Shown here one piece after another: positions 24,501 to 40,627 of a DNA stretch of 64,000 nucleotides. The notes beneath the pieces are model-generated. The model ran no database searches, was not told the DNA's origin, and worked only from the letters and a program-made list of their open reading frames with translations. Both the position numbers and the translations under genes were made by a program. The stretch spans positions 7,998,001-8,062,000 of the forward strand of contig JBHGNT010000001.1 in the NCBI GenBank assembly GCA_043228905.1, read 5' to 3'. The number at the start of each line of letters is the position of its first letter. The first letter of the stretch is position 1. The stretch is from Azolla caroliniana (Eukaryota; Plantae; Polypodiophyta).

Positions 24501-27500
24501 ACTTGCATAGATGGTTTGTGCAGACATTATGATCTTTAGCAGTACCACTGCTGTAATGAATTATATTTATCAGCTACTGAGGAAGCTTGAAGATAAAGGA
24601 GGTGACCTTGAGCACCTATATGACATGAATGAGAAGGAAATTGGTTTATTTCTTCGCTATCCCCATGGAGGCAAGGTAAGCAGGTTTGAATGCGTACAAG
24701 TTTTTGTTAGTAACTTGCTTGTTAACGGTTTTGTTTTGCAGCTAGTTACACAATGTTTGTCTTGCTTTCCAAGAGTTCATCTCTCAGCTAACATCAGCCC
24801 AATTACAAGATCTGTACTTCAAGTAAGTTTTGTAACTGGAAATGTGGCAGATGTTATAATTTGGAGTGAAACCTCAATGTGTAGTCCATGACAATTCCTA
24901 TGATTTTAATATCTTTTCCACAATGTTTGCGTCAGGTTGTTCTGACATTGACACCGGATTTTGTTTGGAAGGAGCGATGGCATGGTACCAGTGAAAGATG
25001 GTGGATATGGGTGGAAGTAAGCGATAGTGTACCAATACACCAACAGATGACTTGATAATGGAATAAACACAAACACACTTGAGATAGACATGCATGCACA
25101 GGGAATCACTCATGTATATTCAAGCACTGCTTCATGAGTATGCTGCTCTGATTTTCATTTCATGTTCAGGATTCAGAAAATGAACGCATTTACCATTCAG
25201 AGCAGTTCAATATGTCCAAGAAATCTGTTAGCGAAGGAAGTCAAGCCGTAACATTCACGATACCAATTTCTGAGCCCTTGCCACCTCAATATTACGTCCG
25301 TATGGTTTCAGATAGATGGTTGCAAGCTGAAGCATTCCATAGTATCTCGTTTCAACATCTAATCCTGCCAGAGGTAGACAAATATTTCAAGATTGGTTCC
25401 CATGTCTCTGTATTGCTTTATGAGAAGCTATATGATTTATTTCCTCTTCTATTTCTATTGCATAGGTGCATCCACCTCATACAGAGTTACTTGACTTACG
25501 GCCTCTTCCTGTAACTGCTCTTGGAAACAAAATTTATGAGGACATGTACAATTTCTCCCATTTCAATCCGATCCAAACTCAGGCAAGCTTCTTACCGTCC
25601 ACACATATTAACGAACTGCTTTTTTCAAAATCGGGGGCAGTTGGGAAATAAAGAAAAACTCAAGGGCCTTTTAAAGTTATTGCCCCCTCTTTGATGCATG
25701 TAACTTACGTCCATTCTTCATTATAGAAAATGTGAGTTTGCATGAATTCGGAAGACTTGGTCAATAGCTTCTCAAGTTTGAGTAACAAATGGTCACAAGA
25801 GAGAACCCTTTTTATGTTTATTAACAGAAAATTTCATTTAGTTTCCGGTTGTTTTTTTAAAACATGGAAAGTTGTTGCTGTTTTTTCCATTTCACCCATT
25901 TCTATTAACTACGGATTAGATTATGTGCATAGCATTATTTTAGATATGAAAAATAAACCTTCAATACTGAGTGCAAATGGTCCATTTAATCTCTTCTTTT
26001 CCGTGTATCAAAAAGAAAAGAGAATAAGAAAGATATATTTAAATGACTTATAAGAGGCCAGTGTGTCCTGCGTGACTGTCTAATCTTGGAGAACAACAGA
26101 CTAATAAAGTAAATAACAGAGGAGAATGCTCAGTGTGCTCAGTGTGATTGTAACTCTATTATATCCTTGCATGTTCTCAACATTTAAATCACAATTTATT
26201 TGGGAAATCCAATGTTCTTAAATTACTGATTTTTTGCATCTGACCTAAAAGAACATGATTTCAATGTTAACATTCATAACAGTATATTAATAATTCGGGA
26301 TGTTTATATAGAGTGAGAGTGTCCATGTATATTGTGTATCCAGAAACATGGACACACAATATATGATAAAGGCCAGTAGTGTCCATGTATATTGTGTTCA
26401 TAAGATAATAAGATAAAGGCCAGTAGTGTGACCTTTAGCATTATTTCATAAGGGCTTTACTTAATCTTTTCTGAATGGTTCCAGGCATTTCATATATTAT
26501 ACCACACGGACAATAATGTTCTTCTAGGAGCACCTACAGGTAGTGGAAAGACAATTTCTGCTGAACTTGCAATGCTTCACCTATTCAACACTCAACCAGA
26601 AATGAAGGTTTATTCCCTTGCATTCTACGTTTAAGTTTGGTTTACTTATGCCTGCTTCACAATGCTTGTAACGAGTAGTGAAAGTATGACTGGTTCCATG
26701 TTAAAATTCATCATTTATGTAATTAAAAATAAAATGAACAGGAACAATAAAGATTCTAAAACAGATATATTGAACGTAGGATTATTGACATGATTGAATG
26801 CAAAGTAAATGTATGGAAAAGGGTCATGTGGTAGGGATGTAGGATATGATCTCTTTCTGGAAATGGAAACGGATGGAGGGAAAAGGGTTTCTGCCCCCAT
26901 TGCAACTCATTGGACATCATTGTAACCGCTTGAGGGAATTTATTAAATTATCTAGAAAGAGTATCATTATCAATACATCATTATTTGTTCTTTTTGGTAG
27001 CTGAGTATGGCTATGATCCTGCTTGTGGTCAATCTATAGCTTGTGAGTGGTTTAATCCCGCAAGAATTGGTTTTTATTTTGAGATTTATAGACCCCACTC
27101 TCTTTGTACACTTGTTCACTTGTTGTAAAGTACATATGACAGGGTTAGGTACAGCACTTGTGGTGGGTGGGTTCTAAGTATAATTGTTTTTGGCATTCCT
27201 GTATGTAGGCTGCAATATAGATTGTAAAAACAAAAAATAATATCTTCTGCATGGAATTTTTCAGGTGATATACATTGCTCCCTTGAAGGCTCTGGTAAAA
27301 GAGAGGATGGATGGCTGGGGCAAAGGGCTTGTAAAAACTCTGGGCAAAAAAATGGTTGCTGTTCGGATTCCTTCGTTTGCATATTTTCATGGGAGTTTTA
27401 GGTATTCAAGTTAATTCAAATTAATGATGCCCTTAGGTGGAGCTTACTGGTGACTTCACACCAGACATGAAGGCCTTGCTTTCAGCAGACATAATTATTT

Positions 27501-30500
27501 CAACACCAGAAAAATGGGATGGGATTAGCCGAAATTGGCACAACCGTAGCTATGTTAAAAAGGTGATGCCTTTCTATGAGCCTACATGGAAGTAAAGAGC
27601 TTTTTGGTGTTCCCTTCTCTAGCGTATCCTTTCTTTCTTTTTGACAGGTTGGGTTGATGATAATTGATGAAATCCATCTTCTTGGAGGAGATCGCGGGCC
27701 TATTCTTGAGGTAAAACTTTTACAACACATTCTGATCACAACTGAAAATCCTTTTTCTCCCAAGCTTTATTAAAGTTGGTTTATTTGTACAGGTCATTGT
27801 ATCCAGAATGAGGTATATTTCCTCACAGACAGAGCAACCAATACGTTTTATAGGATTATCCACTGCTCTTGCAAATGCACGGTAAGAGTATGATCTGGCT
27901 GCAAAATTCTTTCTTTGGATGCAATTGTTTTTTCAGTTAAGGTTTTTTATTATATCAGCGATGAATTTATTATTATTTCAGTGACCTTGCCAATTGGCTT
28001 GGAATCAATCATTTGGGGCTCTTCAACTTTAAGCCAAGTGTACGACCAGTTCCATTAGAAGTTCATATCCAGGTAAAACTCCTAACAATTTCACAGGTTC
28101 TCTTTTAAGGCGATTAAAAGACCAACCTGTATTGTAAATAATTCAGTATATATATTAGAAACTACTCAAAAACACACAAAATGAGGAATTAAGGAAAGAA
28201 AATTTCTATATTGATGATTTCTTGCCATTGATAATTGTTCAATCCAAATCTTTTGACTGCTGATTAATTTGGAACTTGGTGATTCAGGGCTATCCAGGAA
28301 AATTCTACTGTCCACGTATGAACAGTATGAACAAACCTGCATATGCTGCCATTACAACACATTCTCCTGTCAAACCTGTTCTAATCTTTGTGTCATCGAG
28401 GCGTCAAACCAGGCTGACAGCTCTGGATCTTATCCAAGTAATGTTGATATGGATATAAGTTTACATGGAGAAGCTTTGCATTATTACTTGTGGAGCAAAG
28501 TCTTATATCAAGTAGTTGGTTTTTAGTTTGCTATTGCGGATGAGAGGCCAAGGCAATTCGTACATATGTCCGAGGATGAGGTTGAGTTTCTTGTTCAACA
28601 AGTTTTGGATGGAAATCTTAAGCATACACTCCAGTTTGGGATTGGTTTGCATCATGCTGGCCTAAAGGAAAGCGATCGAACTTTAGTTGAAGACTTATTC
28701 ACAAATAACAAGATTCAGGTTTTGTAATAGTGTAAGAAGTTATCATCCTTTTCTTCAAAAGTGTACAAAGTATTCTTCTTTAGGTGTTTGCTCTGTAACA
28801 GGTCCTAGTTAGCACCAGTACTCTTGCTTGGGGTGTGAACCTACCAGCTCATTTGGTCATAATAAAGGTAGTACGTTGACTTGCTTTTTCTTTCTTTTTT
28901 TGGAAACTTTCAAGCTATTTTCACCCTGTTTTAAAACGGGTTTGTGAAAGTATCTATAGATACAACAATGTATATGTTCAAAAGATGCATGAGAGAAATT
29001 TACATGCCTATAATTATTCTTAACAAGACTATCAAAAAACTCTTGCCTTGTTTTCCTCATTCACAACACATTTGACATCTTATATTGTGGACCATTAGGT
29101 TATTGAACAGTTCTGATATATGATTAAAACTATTTCGAACTATTACTTGTTTGTGCTAGACGTGCATACAATTAAAACTGTTCTGATTTTTTAAGGTAGA
29201 TCTCCTTTAACCGTGTTGATATTCTTGAGAATGATCTTTTTCTGGATTGACCATTCATGCAGGGCACAGAATATTATGATGGAAAACTCAAGCGTTATAT
29301 AGATTTTCCAATCACAGATGTTTTACAGATGATGGGCCGTGCAGGGCGACCACAGTATGATCAGCATGGTAAAGCTGTGATACTTGTACATGACCCCAAA
29401 AAGAGTTTCTACAAAAAGGTGACTCTAACAGCATCAAAATTGTTGAAGATGGTGATTATATACTTGGAAATTGAGTTGTTTCATCTTTTTCTTTCCAGTT
29501 TCTGTATGAACCTTTCCCTGTAGAGAGTAGCCTTCACCTACAACTGCATGATCATTTTAATGCTGAGGTTACATCAGGAACTATTGCAAATAAACAAGAT
29601 GCTGTGGATTATCTGACATGGACATATTTGTTCCGGAGACTTGTAAGTTACACTCTTGATATGATTATTTGTCTGAAGAGTATTTTCTTTGCTGCAAAGG
29701 GATCGACGGGGAATATAGACCACCGTTTCCAGCTTGCAAATTATCCAGGCCATTTGTTTTTTTGGCATTAACTTTTCACTAAGAGATTATTTTTCTGCGG
29801 CAAAAAGCCAATAGATGATGCAAAATATAACCCAATTCCAAGGTTGCACATGCATATTTGATTAATTTGCCAGTTATTGTGCTTTCTTTTTCCTTTTCTA
29901 GTTTTGGGTTGTATTTGTGGGTCCTTAGCCTCACGATGATCCTTTTAAAACTAGTGCTCTCTTGCTTTTGCAGGTTAGAAATCCCAGTTATTATAATCTT
30001 GAGGGCACCACAAGCGAGGTCATCAATGCTTACCTCTCCAGGCATGTAATTCTCTTTTATTTCACGTTTCAATAGTGAGTACTTTTTCTTTGTTTTCTCA
30101 TGAATTTAAACATTATTTTTCTTTCAGTCTTGTGATGTCCACACTTCAGACACTAGAAGATGCAGGATGTATTAGGGTAAATGAAGATGGCACGATAGAG
30201 GCTCTTATGCTTGGCATTATTGCATCGCAATACTATCTTAGCTATAAAACGATTGCATTATTCGGCAGTAATGTTCAAGCCAATTCCACCCTTGAGGTCT
30301 AATAGTAGCCTATTTCTTTTATATGATTCTCCTCTTTCTTTTTTGGGAAAGAACTGAGGCCCTTATCTTCTGATGTGCAGGACATTATTTTTGTGCTTGC
30401 GGGCGCCATGGAGTATGATGAGCTTCCTGTCAGGCATAACGAGGTTCGTAGAAAACACTCTTTTATGGTTCGTCAATATATTCTGTTTGAGATATACTAG

Positions 30501-32159
30501 TCTTGCCTATTGCTTGTTTTAAAGAATTCTATATTTCTCAGGATAAATTGAATGAAATACTGGCAAAGGATGTGCGCCTCACAGTGGATAGCCGTTCTCT
30601 TGATGATCCCCATGTCAAAGCAAACTTGTTATTACAGGTCATGTGATTACCATGGAGAATTTCTATGTAGTATCTTATCATTGTTTTTTTTTACCGACAG
30701 TTGCTGACATAATGTTTTTTTAACATGTAGGCGCACTTCCTTCAACTTGATCTTCCTATAACTGACTATGTGACTGACACAAAGTCTGTCCTCGACCAGA
30801 GCATCCGCATCATCCAAGCATTGGTAGATCTTGCTGCTAGTGGTGGTTGGCTTAAAACAGCCTTCAATTCTATTCATATTCTTCAGATGGTGATGCAGGT
30901 TGAACAACAAACACTCTCCATAAATATGCTGCTCTTCCACTTCTGAACATTTTTTTTGGATGTTTTGATTATATCAAAAAAATTTGGTCAATTCTGGGTA
31001 TATTTTTAATCAATTTGTCAGGGGCTGTGGTTTGAGGAGGATGATGCTTTTAAGATGTTACCCTTTTTTAATGAGAAGATAGTCAACCATTTGAAAGATA
31101 AGGGGATTTCCACACTTCAGGAGCTTCTCAGCTGTCCATTCAACACTGCATCACAGTTATTGCGGTCGCTCTTTAGTTCCTCAGAAGAGTACTCTGAATT
31201 ATTGAAGGTCTTAAAAAAAAAACGTTTCTCTTAGAAAGGTAGAATATATGGTTAGATAAATCTTTGCAAAAACAAAAAACTTGTTTTTTTCAACGAACAG
31301 TGGATAACACGTCTACCTCGGATAGCATTATCATGGAAACTCAATCAACCGAGAATGGATAAGGAGTCCTGGACAGTTGATGTTTCTCTTAGAAGAGAGG
31401 GGCCGAAGAGAACTGATGCTAGAGCATACACTCCTCGATATCCAAAGGTACATACTTTACAAAATAGTCATTGACAACTAGGCCAACTTTATGCTGAATC
31501 TTGACCCTTTATAAGCATTTGAAATATTTCCAAAATTACTTTGTCTCAACCAATAAGAAAGAGCTTACCACTATACTCTTAGAGTTGCTTTCTGACAAAG
31601 GTCTAACTTTCAAACTAAAACTGCAAATTGAAAAGTCTTTGTTTCTAGGAATTCTCTTGGTAAAAGATCTTTTTCCAATGGTAGATTATTTGTTAGACAG
31701 GGTATCGGTTAATATTTTTCTAAAGCTTCACCCCTTATGCAGATGTATAAAGACAACATCTCATTTCTTATATACCCCAATTTAGAGTCCAAAATTGTGT
31801 TAATGGTAGGAATAGTTCTCAGTTTAAAACTTTATTTAACTTGACCAATCTAATTTTAGGTAAAAGATGAAGGGTGGTGGCTTTTACTTGGTAATCAATC
31901 CACATGGGAATTGTATGCCCTCAAACGTGTGAGTTTTACTGAGGACTTGAGAACCCGACTTGTTTTGCGGCAAGACATTGATAGTGCAAAGGTATTAACT
32001 CATCTCATGGTAACAATGTATCACTACATACTGTATGTATAATTATCATGCATATTTTAAACTGAGATTCATTAAACCAACTCGTATTTTCAGGACATCA
32101 CACTATTTCTAGTCTCGGATTGCTACATAGGGTTGGATCAAGCTCATAGAATCAAGTGA
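18513..32159 (+). CDS. DExH14: ASCC3/DExH14 helicase, copy 2; begins mid first helicase cassette just after the gap, N-terminus missing
   Basis: The first visible exon at 18513 reads ALAGEMT...RELTGDMQL, followed by [46 protein letters not shown] and [12 protein letters not shown], then the same exons as copy 1. Stop ends at 32159. Confidence 0.93.
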
Positions 32160-33651
32160 AAAATATAAGGTTATCATCGTTGCTGCAAAGCTGTTGCAGC
32201 TGAGCTTTTACTTGATTGCTATATGGAGCATCAGGTTAGATGAAACACGCAAGGCAAAATATAAACACATCTTTGCCGAAAATATTTGTGGCATGAGCTT
32301 TTTATCTGGTGAGATTTGTGAATAGTGCCATCAAAGAAGAAATCCTAGTTATTTAAAAAACCTGCACATCACTATCCTCTGTGGTTGTACAAATTGTATA
32401 GAAAAGCAACATACTCAATTGTCTAGGATTATGTAACAAGTATAAAGTTGAGACTGTCTAAGCAGCCCACAAGAGAAAACAGAAATGAAAATAAAAAGAC
32501 AATCGTATCAATCTTCAGAAGGAAATTTGGGTGTTGCAGCAGTGGGAAAGGCCAGTGGCTATTTGTAAAATTTGACATTTTTTTGATATTTATGCATTGC
32601 AAACCAAGTTTTATGTTTATCATTCTGGCTATTTACCAAATTTCGGTTATCTTGGCAAAAGACAGGAAAGAAAAGGCTGACATATGAGACATCATACATG
32701 CAAATGCCAAACAACCTTGTGGGGCTAAGTTATTGATTAAATTAGGTGGATGATGTTATGTAATCAGGTTGTGATGTAGTGTACAAAATAAACACATATC
32801 AAGGGGAAAAAATGTGATTGGCTTAGCCCATGAATGCTCTCAGAGTAATGCCTCGTAATGTCACTGTATTTTACTAATCCACTGTTTGGTTGCCATGGTA
32901 GAGCATATTGTGATTTGCTAATTGGTGTCCCATGGTGACCCCTTGGTGTAGTGCATAATAATTGCCTACAAATAGAGCTTTTGTGCATACTCCTATTATG
33001 CAAAACAGTGGCAAAATGGTGAAGTTTGGTATCGCCATCATTCTTCTCATATTTCTAGAGTACACCTCTTCATGAGAAGTGCTGAATTTGGGGTCACATA
33101 CATTTTAAGAGCTAATTCTTTGTATCAATGGTGATCACGACTGATTAATTGTTGCTAGTTCTATTACAAAGAATACATGTTTCTAACAGCAGATACTTGT
33201 TCTTGTACAATCTCACAAGAGAAAGTGGTTTATTTACACTGTCCAATTGCCTATCATACATGAACGTTTCAGCCATCTAGACCTTGATAACGAGTTTCTT
33301 TGGTGGAACCTTAGTTTTCCACTGATTATTATAATTATGCTTAAAGTCAGGCGAACCTAATGATATAACTATTACTTTCACTTGATAAAACCCAATTAGG
33401 GTAAGCTTCTATGCAATGCAATAGTACATTCCAACAAAACTTGGACATTCTAGACCTAATGCATGTGGTCGTTTTCAAACAAAAAAACACAACTGAAATG
33501 AAGGTCTACATTTGAACTGATATAACTACCTACGAGAAGCCTTACAAATTCTTGCTTTGTAGGAGAAATATTGGCCTTTAATCTCCAACCCACAAATTCT
33601 GTTCTTTCTTGATCTATAGTTCCCTTGTATTGGATACCTGACTTAACAAAC

Positions 33652-35673
33652 TCAAGCTTGGAGGGGAAACAGAGCTATCTGAGGAAACACGACAGAGCTT
33701 ATCCACAATGTACCATCTCTCTCTTCTGCTTCACTAACTGTCCTAACCACTTTACCTTCAGAATCCTCTAACACTTGCAACAATTCTCCATTTTCACTGA
33801 AACGAGCAACCATTGCATGTGGGCGGGCAGCCAACATAAGCGAGTATATATATCGGAGTGGTATCGGTAATCTTGCCATAAGAGTCCTTACCCATGGATA
33901 GGGACTCATTCTTTTGATGAATTTGCTTCGCTTGCAATGCATAGCTACCCAAAACTCGCCTTTTTCGTTCCGCCGAACATTATCAGGGTGTCCAGGGGAC
34001 AAAGCGAACAATTCAACCTTTCCAGTCTTAGGTCCTTTAATCCAATATCTAAGCAACCTGTAATAAGAAATTGCATATATTTTCTTATGGTCATAAAAGG
34101 ATTGACCATGGTTTAATATCAAGGTGATGAATGAAATACAGTCAGATACCTTGCTGCTATTCCCTCAGCAACCACTAGGAACGAGCCGTCCTTGCTTAAT
34201 GCCACACCATTGGGTGCAACGAGGTCTTTTAGAAGAACCTCAGTCTCATTGGTTACAGTATTATACCTTATAAGCCGACCCGTGTTATCCCATCCAAATG
34301 CTGTAAGAATGAACTGTCTTTGTAACAAACGGATGTTAGATTTTCTCAAGTCAATATCAACTTAATTTCCTCAATAAATCCGGACTTCTAGATTTATTAA
34401 GCTCTACCACTTCATAAGAATCACATGGATGTAACTTTTGGTCTCATTAGTAGGTTTAGCCTTTCAGAGAAGTTAATATAACCCCATTTCATTTTCATTT
34501 TTGGGACATACTATGCTATATGTCACGAGTTCAAATCCCACCTTTGCACTTGGTTTACCACAAATGGCTATCAACCCCAATAGAGTAGGGGGAATCAAAT
34601 AAAGTAATATCCCTCTCAACAACGGGAGAAACGCAATGCAAATCATTAGATCAAACCCACCAGAAAAAAAAAATCTATTCGCAGGATTTTTGAAGTCTGA
34701 AATTTCAATGATGAAAGTTACCTACTTGAATATGTATACTTTTTAGCGGAGTTTTTTTCAGAAATTGTGTATGCAAACTAAATGATAAAATTAGAGAGTT
34801 GGATAGTACTCAGCTTACTTTCTTGAGTACATTGAGCTTGTATCGGTAAAGTATATGAGCCCATTTTCATCTAAATCCAGATCATTTGTGAACATGAACT
34901 TCTGGCCTTCCGCCTCTGAAGTTAGGGGTTGTGCTAATCCTCCTTTGGAACCAACAACGAGGATTCCAAAATAAGCATCTGCAATGTACAAATCCCCTGA
35001 AGTTTTGTTGAATCGCAATCCTAATGGTCTGCCACAGATATGTTCTAGCCGTATGTTAGGTGCTGTCACATTTTTGGGTATACATGCTTCTGACCTGTCA
35101 GAAATTGTTTGGAAAAACAGTGTTAAAATCCTTTTTGGCACCATTGTAATATACTTGCTTTATTGCTATGGTAATGACTGGTCATCACGATGGATAGAAT
35201 ATATTGTTAGAAAGTATAAAAATACCAGAAAACTTAAAAATTTCTAAACCCTACACATGGTGCTGAGAACCCCTAATGTTTCAGATGACCAAATTAACAT
35301 AGCAGAAAAGCTATGTGAATCTAACGAACCAGTTAGGGGAGGTATGCGCAAAGTAGATCCAAGTATCACCATTCCAGACCATGATCCTCCCATCACCGAC
35401 ACCAGTATAAGGGCCTCTGCCATATCCATCAAAAGCCAAGCTCTCTGGACCACCAAATTCTTTCACCTGCATTACCTTTGCCTTCTGCAGAAGATTGAGC
35501 TCATCCTCTGCTACAAAGGAAGGCAGCCATTCATCTAAACGACCATAGTTTGCGACGAAATTGGGTGCATTGGCGATGATGCTAACCTTCCATGGATCCA
35601 ACCCAACAAGTATGGCCAGGAAAGCAACAGAAATTACCAGGATCAATGAGCTCCATTGAGACATTGACACCAT
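33652..35673 (-). CDS. Strictosidine synthase-like protein, copy 2
   Basis: Same exon peptides as 10401-12422 at offset 23251. Confidence 0.93.
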
Positions 35674-35846
35674 GGAAATGACTGTCTTGGAGGGGGGGGG
35701 GGGGGGGGGGGGGTGAGATAGATGGGTGAAGAAAATGCTTTCTTTGATGGGAAGACAAAATGCCTTGGCTTGGGCTGTTTTTTTTGGGAGTGGGATGAGA
35801 AAGATGGTGTGTGTTAGATAGATAGAACATGAAAAATGTGAACACA

Positions 35847-35879
<33 letters not shown>

Positions 35880-38155
35880 AATATGTATGTATGTATGTAT
35901 GTATAATATATATGTATGTATGTATGTATGTGGATTTCCTTGGCATGATGATGGTTACTAAAAATTTTGTTCCATTTTTGTCACCCGGACAATGAAATGA
36001 AAATGCGGCCATCGCATCTCATGCTGAAATCTGCCGAATTAATTTGTCCACCCTCGACCTCTTATCGACATACAGTTTTGTCCTCGTGATCATCGGAATC
36101 GTCGCCTTTTCACGTGAAGATTTGTTGTCCGTGGCACTCTATACGGAGAATAAAGCCCATTGCTTTTGTGCAATGCCCTTGCCTGGAGCTAGACCCTTAG
36201 TTTACACCGACTTGGGAATGGTCTCAAGACTGTAAATAATCTGCTAACAATCCTCTTATATAGAAGCATGAATTACATCGGATTCTCGTATTGGGAGGGT
36301 GGTGTAATAATCTACTAGCGATCCTCTTACATATAGATGCATGAATTACATTACCATGGCTCTCATATATACATCCACATTCTTATTGTCGTGATTGAAG
36401 AAATGAGGAAGGAGGTGGAGCTGCCTCTTAAAACATTTCCAAAGACAACCACTAGCATAAACTAGAAGTAACATGTAGTTTACACCAACTATTATCACGA
36501 CTACAAGAGTGTACTATTTAGAACTTTATGCTAATTGGAGTAGCGCAATGAAAACATGGTGGCTCCATAACCCCGCAAGTCGCAGGATCAGAACTTGGCT
36601 TTGATACATACATCTGTATTCTTATTGTTGTTGTGATTGAAAAAACGAGGAGGAAGGAAAGTGTTTCCCTTTAAACCATTTCAAAAGACCAATATTCTCA
36701 AAATGAATCGTCATCATTAGTGTATGCATTGTATATTAATCAAAGTAGCACATTGAAAAGGTGAGGGTCCCATAACCCACAAGTCCCAAGATGGAAACTT
36801 GGCTTTGATAAATATACATCCACATTCTTATTGTTGTTATGATTGAATCAAGGAGCGAGATGAAGCTCCCACTTCAAAAACATTTCCAAAGACAACTACT
36901 AGCATCATGTGGAAGTATAACCTTAATTTACACCATTTCAGGAATGTTCTCCCTGCCATAATAATAATCCTTGATGGAGGGCTTCCATTTTTAACGTTTT
37001 CCAAGTAAACATCACTAGAGACCTCACATTAAACTAGAACCTTAGTATACATAAACTCATTACGCAACTTTGTTTTGATGTTTCTATGAAAAATCAAAAC
37101 ATTTTAAAATTATTTTGTCTTGGGTCTCATAGCTTTAACATATTTGAACCCGATTTAGTCTTAAACAACTACTTGAGCAAACCTTTCATTTTTAACATTT
37201 CAAATAAACATTACTATAGGCCTCATATCAAACTAAAGTATAGATCCACCCGACATTGTCATGTTTCTATAAAAACTCAAAACACTTTTAAATATTCCCA
37301 TCTTGGCTCTTTGGCTTAGAGCATATCAAACTAAAACCTTAGTGTACATACACTCGACATTGTTTCATGTTTTTATAAAAACTCAAAACGCTTTTAAATA
37401 TTCCCATCTAGACTCTCCCGACGTGAAAATCTAGACTTGAACAACTACTTGAGAAAATCACAAGATTATCATCTACACCAATTACTTCATAAAATCATAC
37501 TATCAATTTTCAAATATTAATAATTAGAGTGGCATAGTGCAAGAAAGGTTTGTAATTACTAATTAGGGCGACTTAGTAGATGCGTAGTGAGTTGAACAAC
37601 CATTGGTTTGAGGATGGAATCATAGCTCTAATACACATGCATATGTTCTTATTGTTTCTATCATTGGAGCAATGACATTGGAGATTGAGCTTTTCTCTTT
37701 AAACATTTTCAAAGAGTGGCAGCAATGCCTTATGGAAATGAAACCTTAATTTAGCTTAACTTGACCATTCTCTCGTGACTATAATACTCAACTTACAATC
37801 ACCAATGAAGTATTAAATTGACAATACTAATTGGAGCAATTAACTAAAAACATATGCTTTCATTTTAAACATTTCTAGTTATTGCCATATGTATCATATC
37901 AAACTAGAACCTTAGATTGAGAATAATTTGTTATTTCTGTTAACAAATTAATTTTAATAGTTTGTGACATAACCATTTCTGATATGTTTTGACCCTAAGA
38001 TTGAAGTGGCATGATGTGTGAATCGCATAACCATCAATTTTCTAATTTGAAACATGTGATATATAGATGAAAGTTGCTTCAATGTTGGCGGTAAGTAGAG
38101 ATACAAAAGATTGGTGCTTCAGAATGACAAAAAAACATTTTGATTGCACCATCTA

Positions 38156-39946
38156 TCATACAGTGCTTGCAAAGTCAGCAATCAAGGATGCCATCATCTC
38201 ATCATAAGCGGGTCCCTCCATTTGGAAGTGACCAACATTGGGAACAAGGTGCATTTCGACTCGCCCTGCTGCAGATTTCAATTTGCTTTCTAGTTGCTTG
38301 ACACTGGTGAAGCCATCGTTGGTCCCCATAACAAATAATTTAGGTTTAGTCGATTCTAGGATGGCTTTGTTGTGGCGACCAAATAATATGGATGCGAAGC
38401 GCCCAAATGGGTAGCCCAATGCCACATATGCCACGACTCCTCGAGCTTTGTCCACAGCAGAGCCTGCAATAGGGGCACCTGTAATAAAGTTCTGTTAATT
38501 CGATCACCGGAGCTCACGCTATGAACATGGTCCATAAAAGTCGCTGTGTACTATCTATTATCTATGCGTGTTATTCTATGTACAAAGATATATATAGAAA
38601 TGCATATGCATCCAAAGGAACAGGCACACTTGTTATGTATCCATCTAAGTATACATATGCAAACACATTTGCATTCCAAGAAGCAAACACACTTGTTATG
38701 TATCCAGCTAAGTATACATATGTCCATCCACCCATTCATCAATCCATAAAATGAGGAGCAAAACCAAAAATCCATTATATGCATGCATCTAAAATTGGAT
38801 GTACATATTATATAATCAGAGACCATATCAAACAACACAGGGAAGAGAAAGAGACCATCCATCAATGCATATATACATCGTTACTGACATAATTCATTAT
38901 CCATATTCCATCCATTTATACATATAACATGCATACATACACTGTCCCTAGAGATATTCCATCCATTCTTACCAGCATCTATCTATGTTTCCATCCATCC
39001 AATCATATTACATACATAAATACACCACCCCCAGACATATTCATGCCAGCATCCATCTATATTTGCATCCAGACCTATATCCATACATGCACAATTCTAT
39101 CCATGCTGGCATACATCAATGCCAGTATTCATACATGATTCCACCCATACATCTGCCCATGTTGCCATTTATACATCCATCGATACTTACATTCCCCCAT
39201 CTAGCTATCCAAATTTGATCTATATTCCATTCAAAATACATAAATACAAGTAATGGCAACAGAACAAAAAGTAGAACAAATGAACATCCATGCCAGTATC
39301 CATACCTACATCCATCCATCCATCCATCCATCCATCCATCCATACCTTCATCCATAAATCCACTCATACCAACATCATACCTACATCTCTTCACCTGCAC
39401 CTCCACCCATCCATCCAACACGTCCATCCAAATTCGATCCAGATTTCATCCAAATTACATAATACAAGTAACAGAAACAAGAAAAGAAACTAAAACAAAC
39501 GAGCATTCATCATCATCATTCAAGAACAAGCTAGAAGCATTACCAGCGGAGGATCCTACGAGAAGCAGGCGATGTTGCGGGTAAGCTTGATGAGCCCATT
39601 CACACACAGCCACTACATCCTCGACCTCGGCAGAGCCTGTCAATGAAGCTTTCCCTGATGACCTCTTCACTCCTCTCATGTCAAAGGTCACACAGTACAT
39701 ACCCATCATGGCAAGACCTGTGGCTGTGCCTTTCAGGAGAGCTTGGCAACCTCCAAGAACAGAGTATTGATGGACTAACACAGCTACCCATCCATCATTC
39801 TTCTTCTTGCTCTCTGACGTTGGCGATGCTGATGACGGAGGTTTGTAGATCCTCAGAGATAGACAGATCTCTCCTCCACCTTGATTATGAGTTAGCGTAT
39901 CATATTCCATCTTCACCACTCCTTTTTCTGTTTCTGTTTCTGCCAT
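38156..39946 (-). CDS. Alpha/beta-hydrolase, copy 2 (exons 39946-39544, 38478-38156)
   Basis: Same protein except the N-terminal TGEVK becomes KGVVK. Confidence 0.92.
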
Positions 39947-40586
39947 TCCGAAGAAAACCCTCACCCTAACTCCTAAACAAGTTCTTCGCTGAAATTTGAC
40001 TACAAAATTTAAGCAGATCTGTCCTACTTTGCTCAGTTGAGATAAACCATGTAAGTCAATAGATCTGGGTAATCATGAGAATGGAATGCAGAAATATGAG
40101 AGCTAAGCCCAACCCTAAACAGGGTCTTTGTTAAAATAGACTAGAAATGCATACAAAAGAAGGAAACCCTAAACCCCAAAAGGTCAACAGTTCAAGATGT
40201 AGATGAACAAAATTTAAACCCAACCCTAAAGAGATCCTGAATTGATGGCCCAGAAGAGGAACAACAACCCTACAACTAACTCCAACAGATTCTCAGTGAA
40301 GGATCTACAAGTAGGGAGAACAAAAAAAAAACCCTAAACCCCCAAAAAAACAGGTTCTTGCTTCTGCGAGAGAGAAAAAACCCTAACCCTAAAAAACAGA
40401 CTTTTTCTTATTATTCTTGCTTGGGATATAAAACCAGGTATGACAAACAATGGTTTCTCAAAATTACAAAAGTATGCTTCCTCAATAAATACAAATGTCT
40501 TTGTTCTTCTAATGTGCTCGTGGCCATGTTCAAATTGTGTATTGATAATTGTAGTACATAATTGAGTCGTACGAATTCAAAGGCAA

Positions 40587-40627
<41 letters not shown>
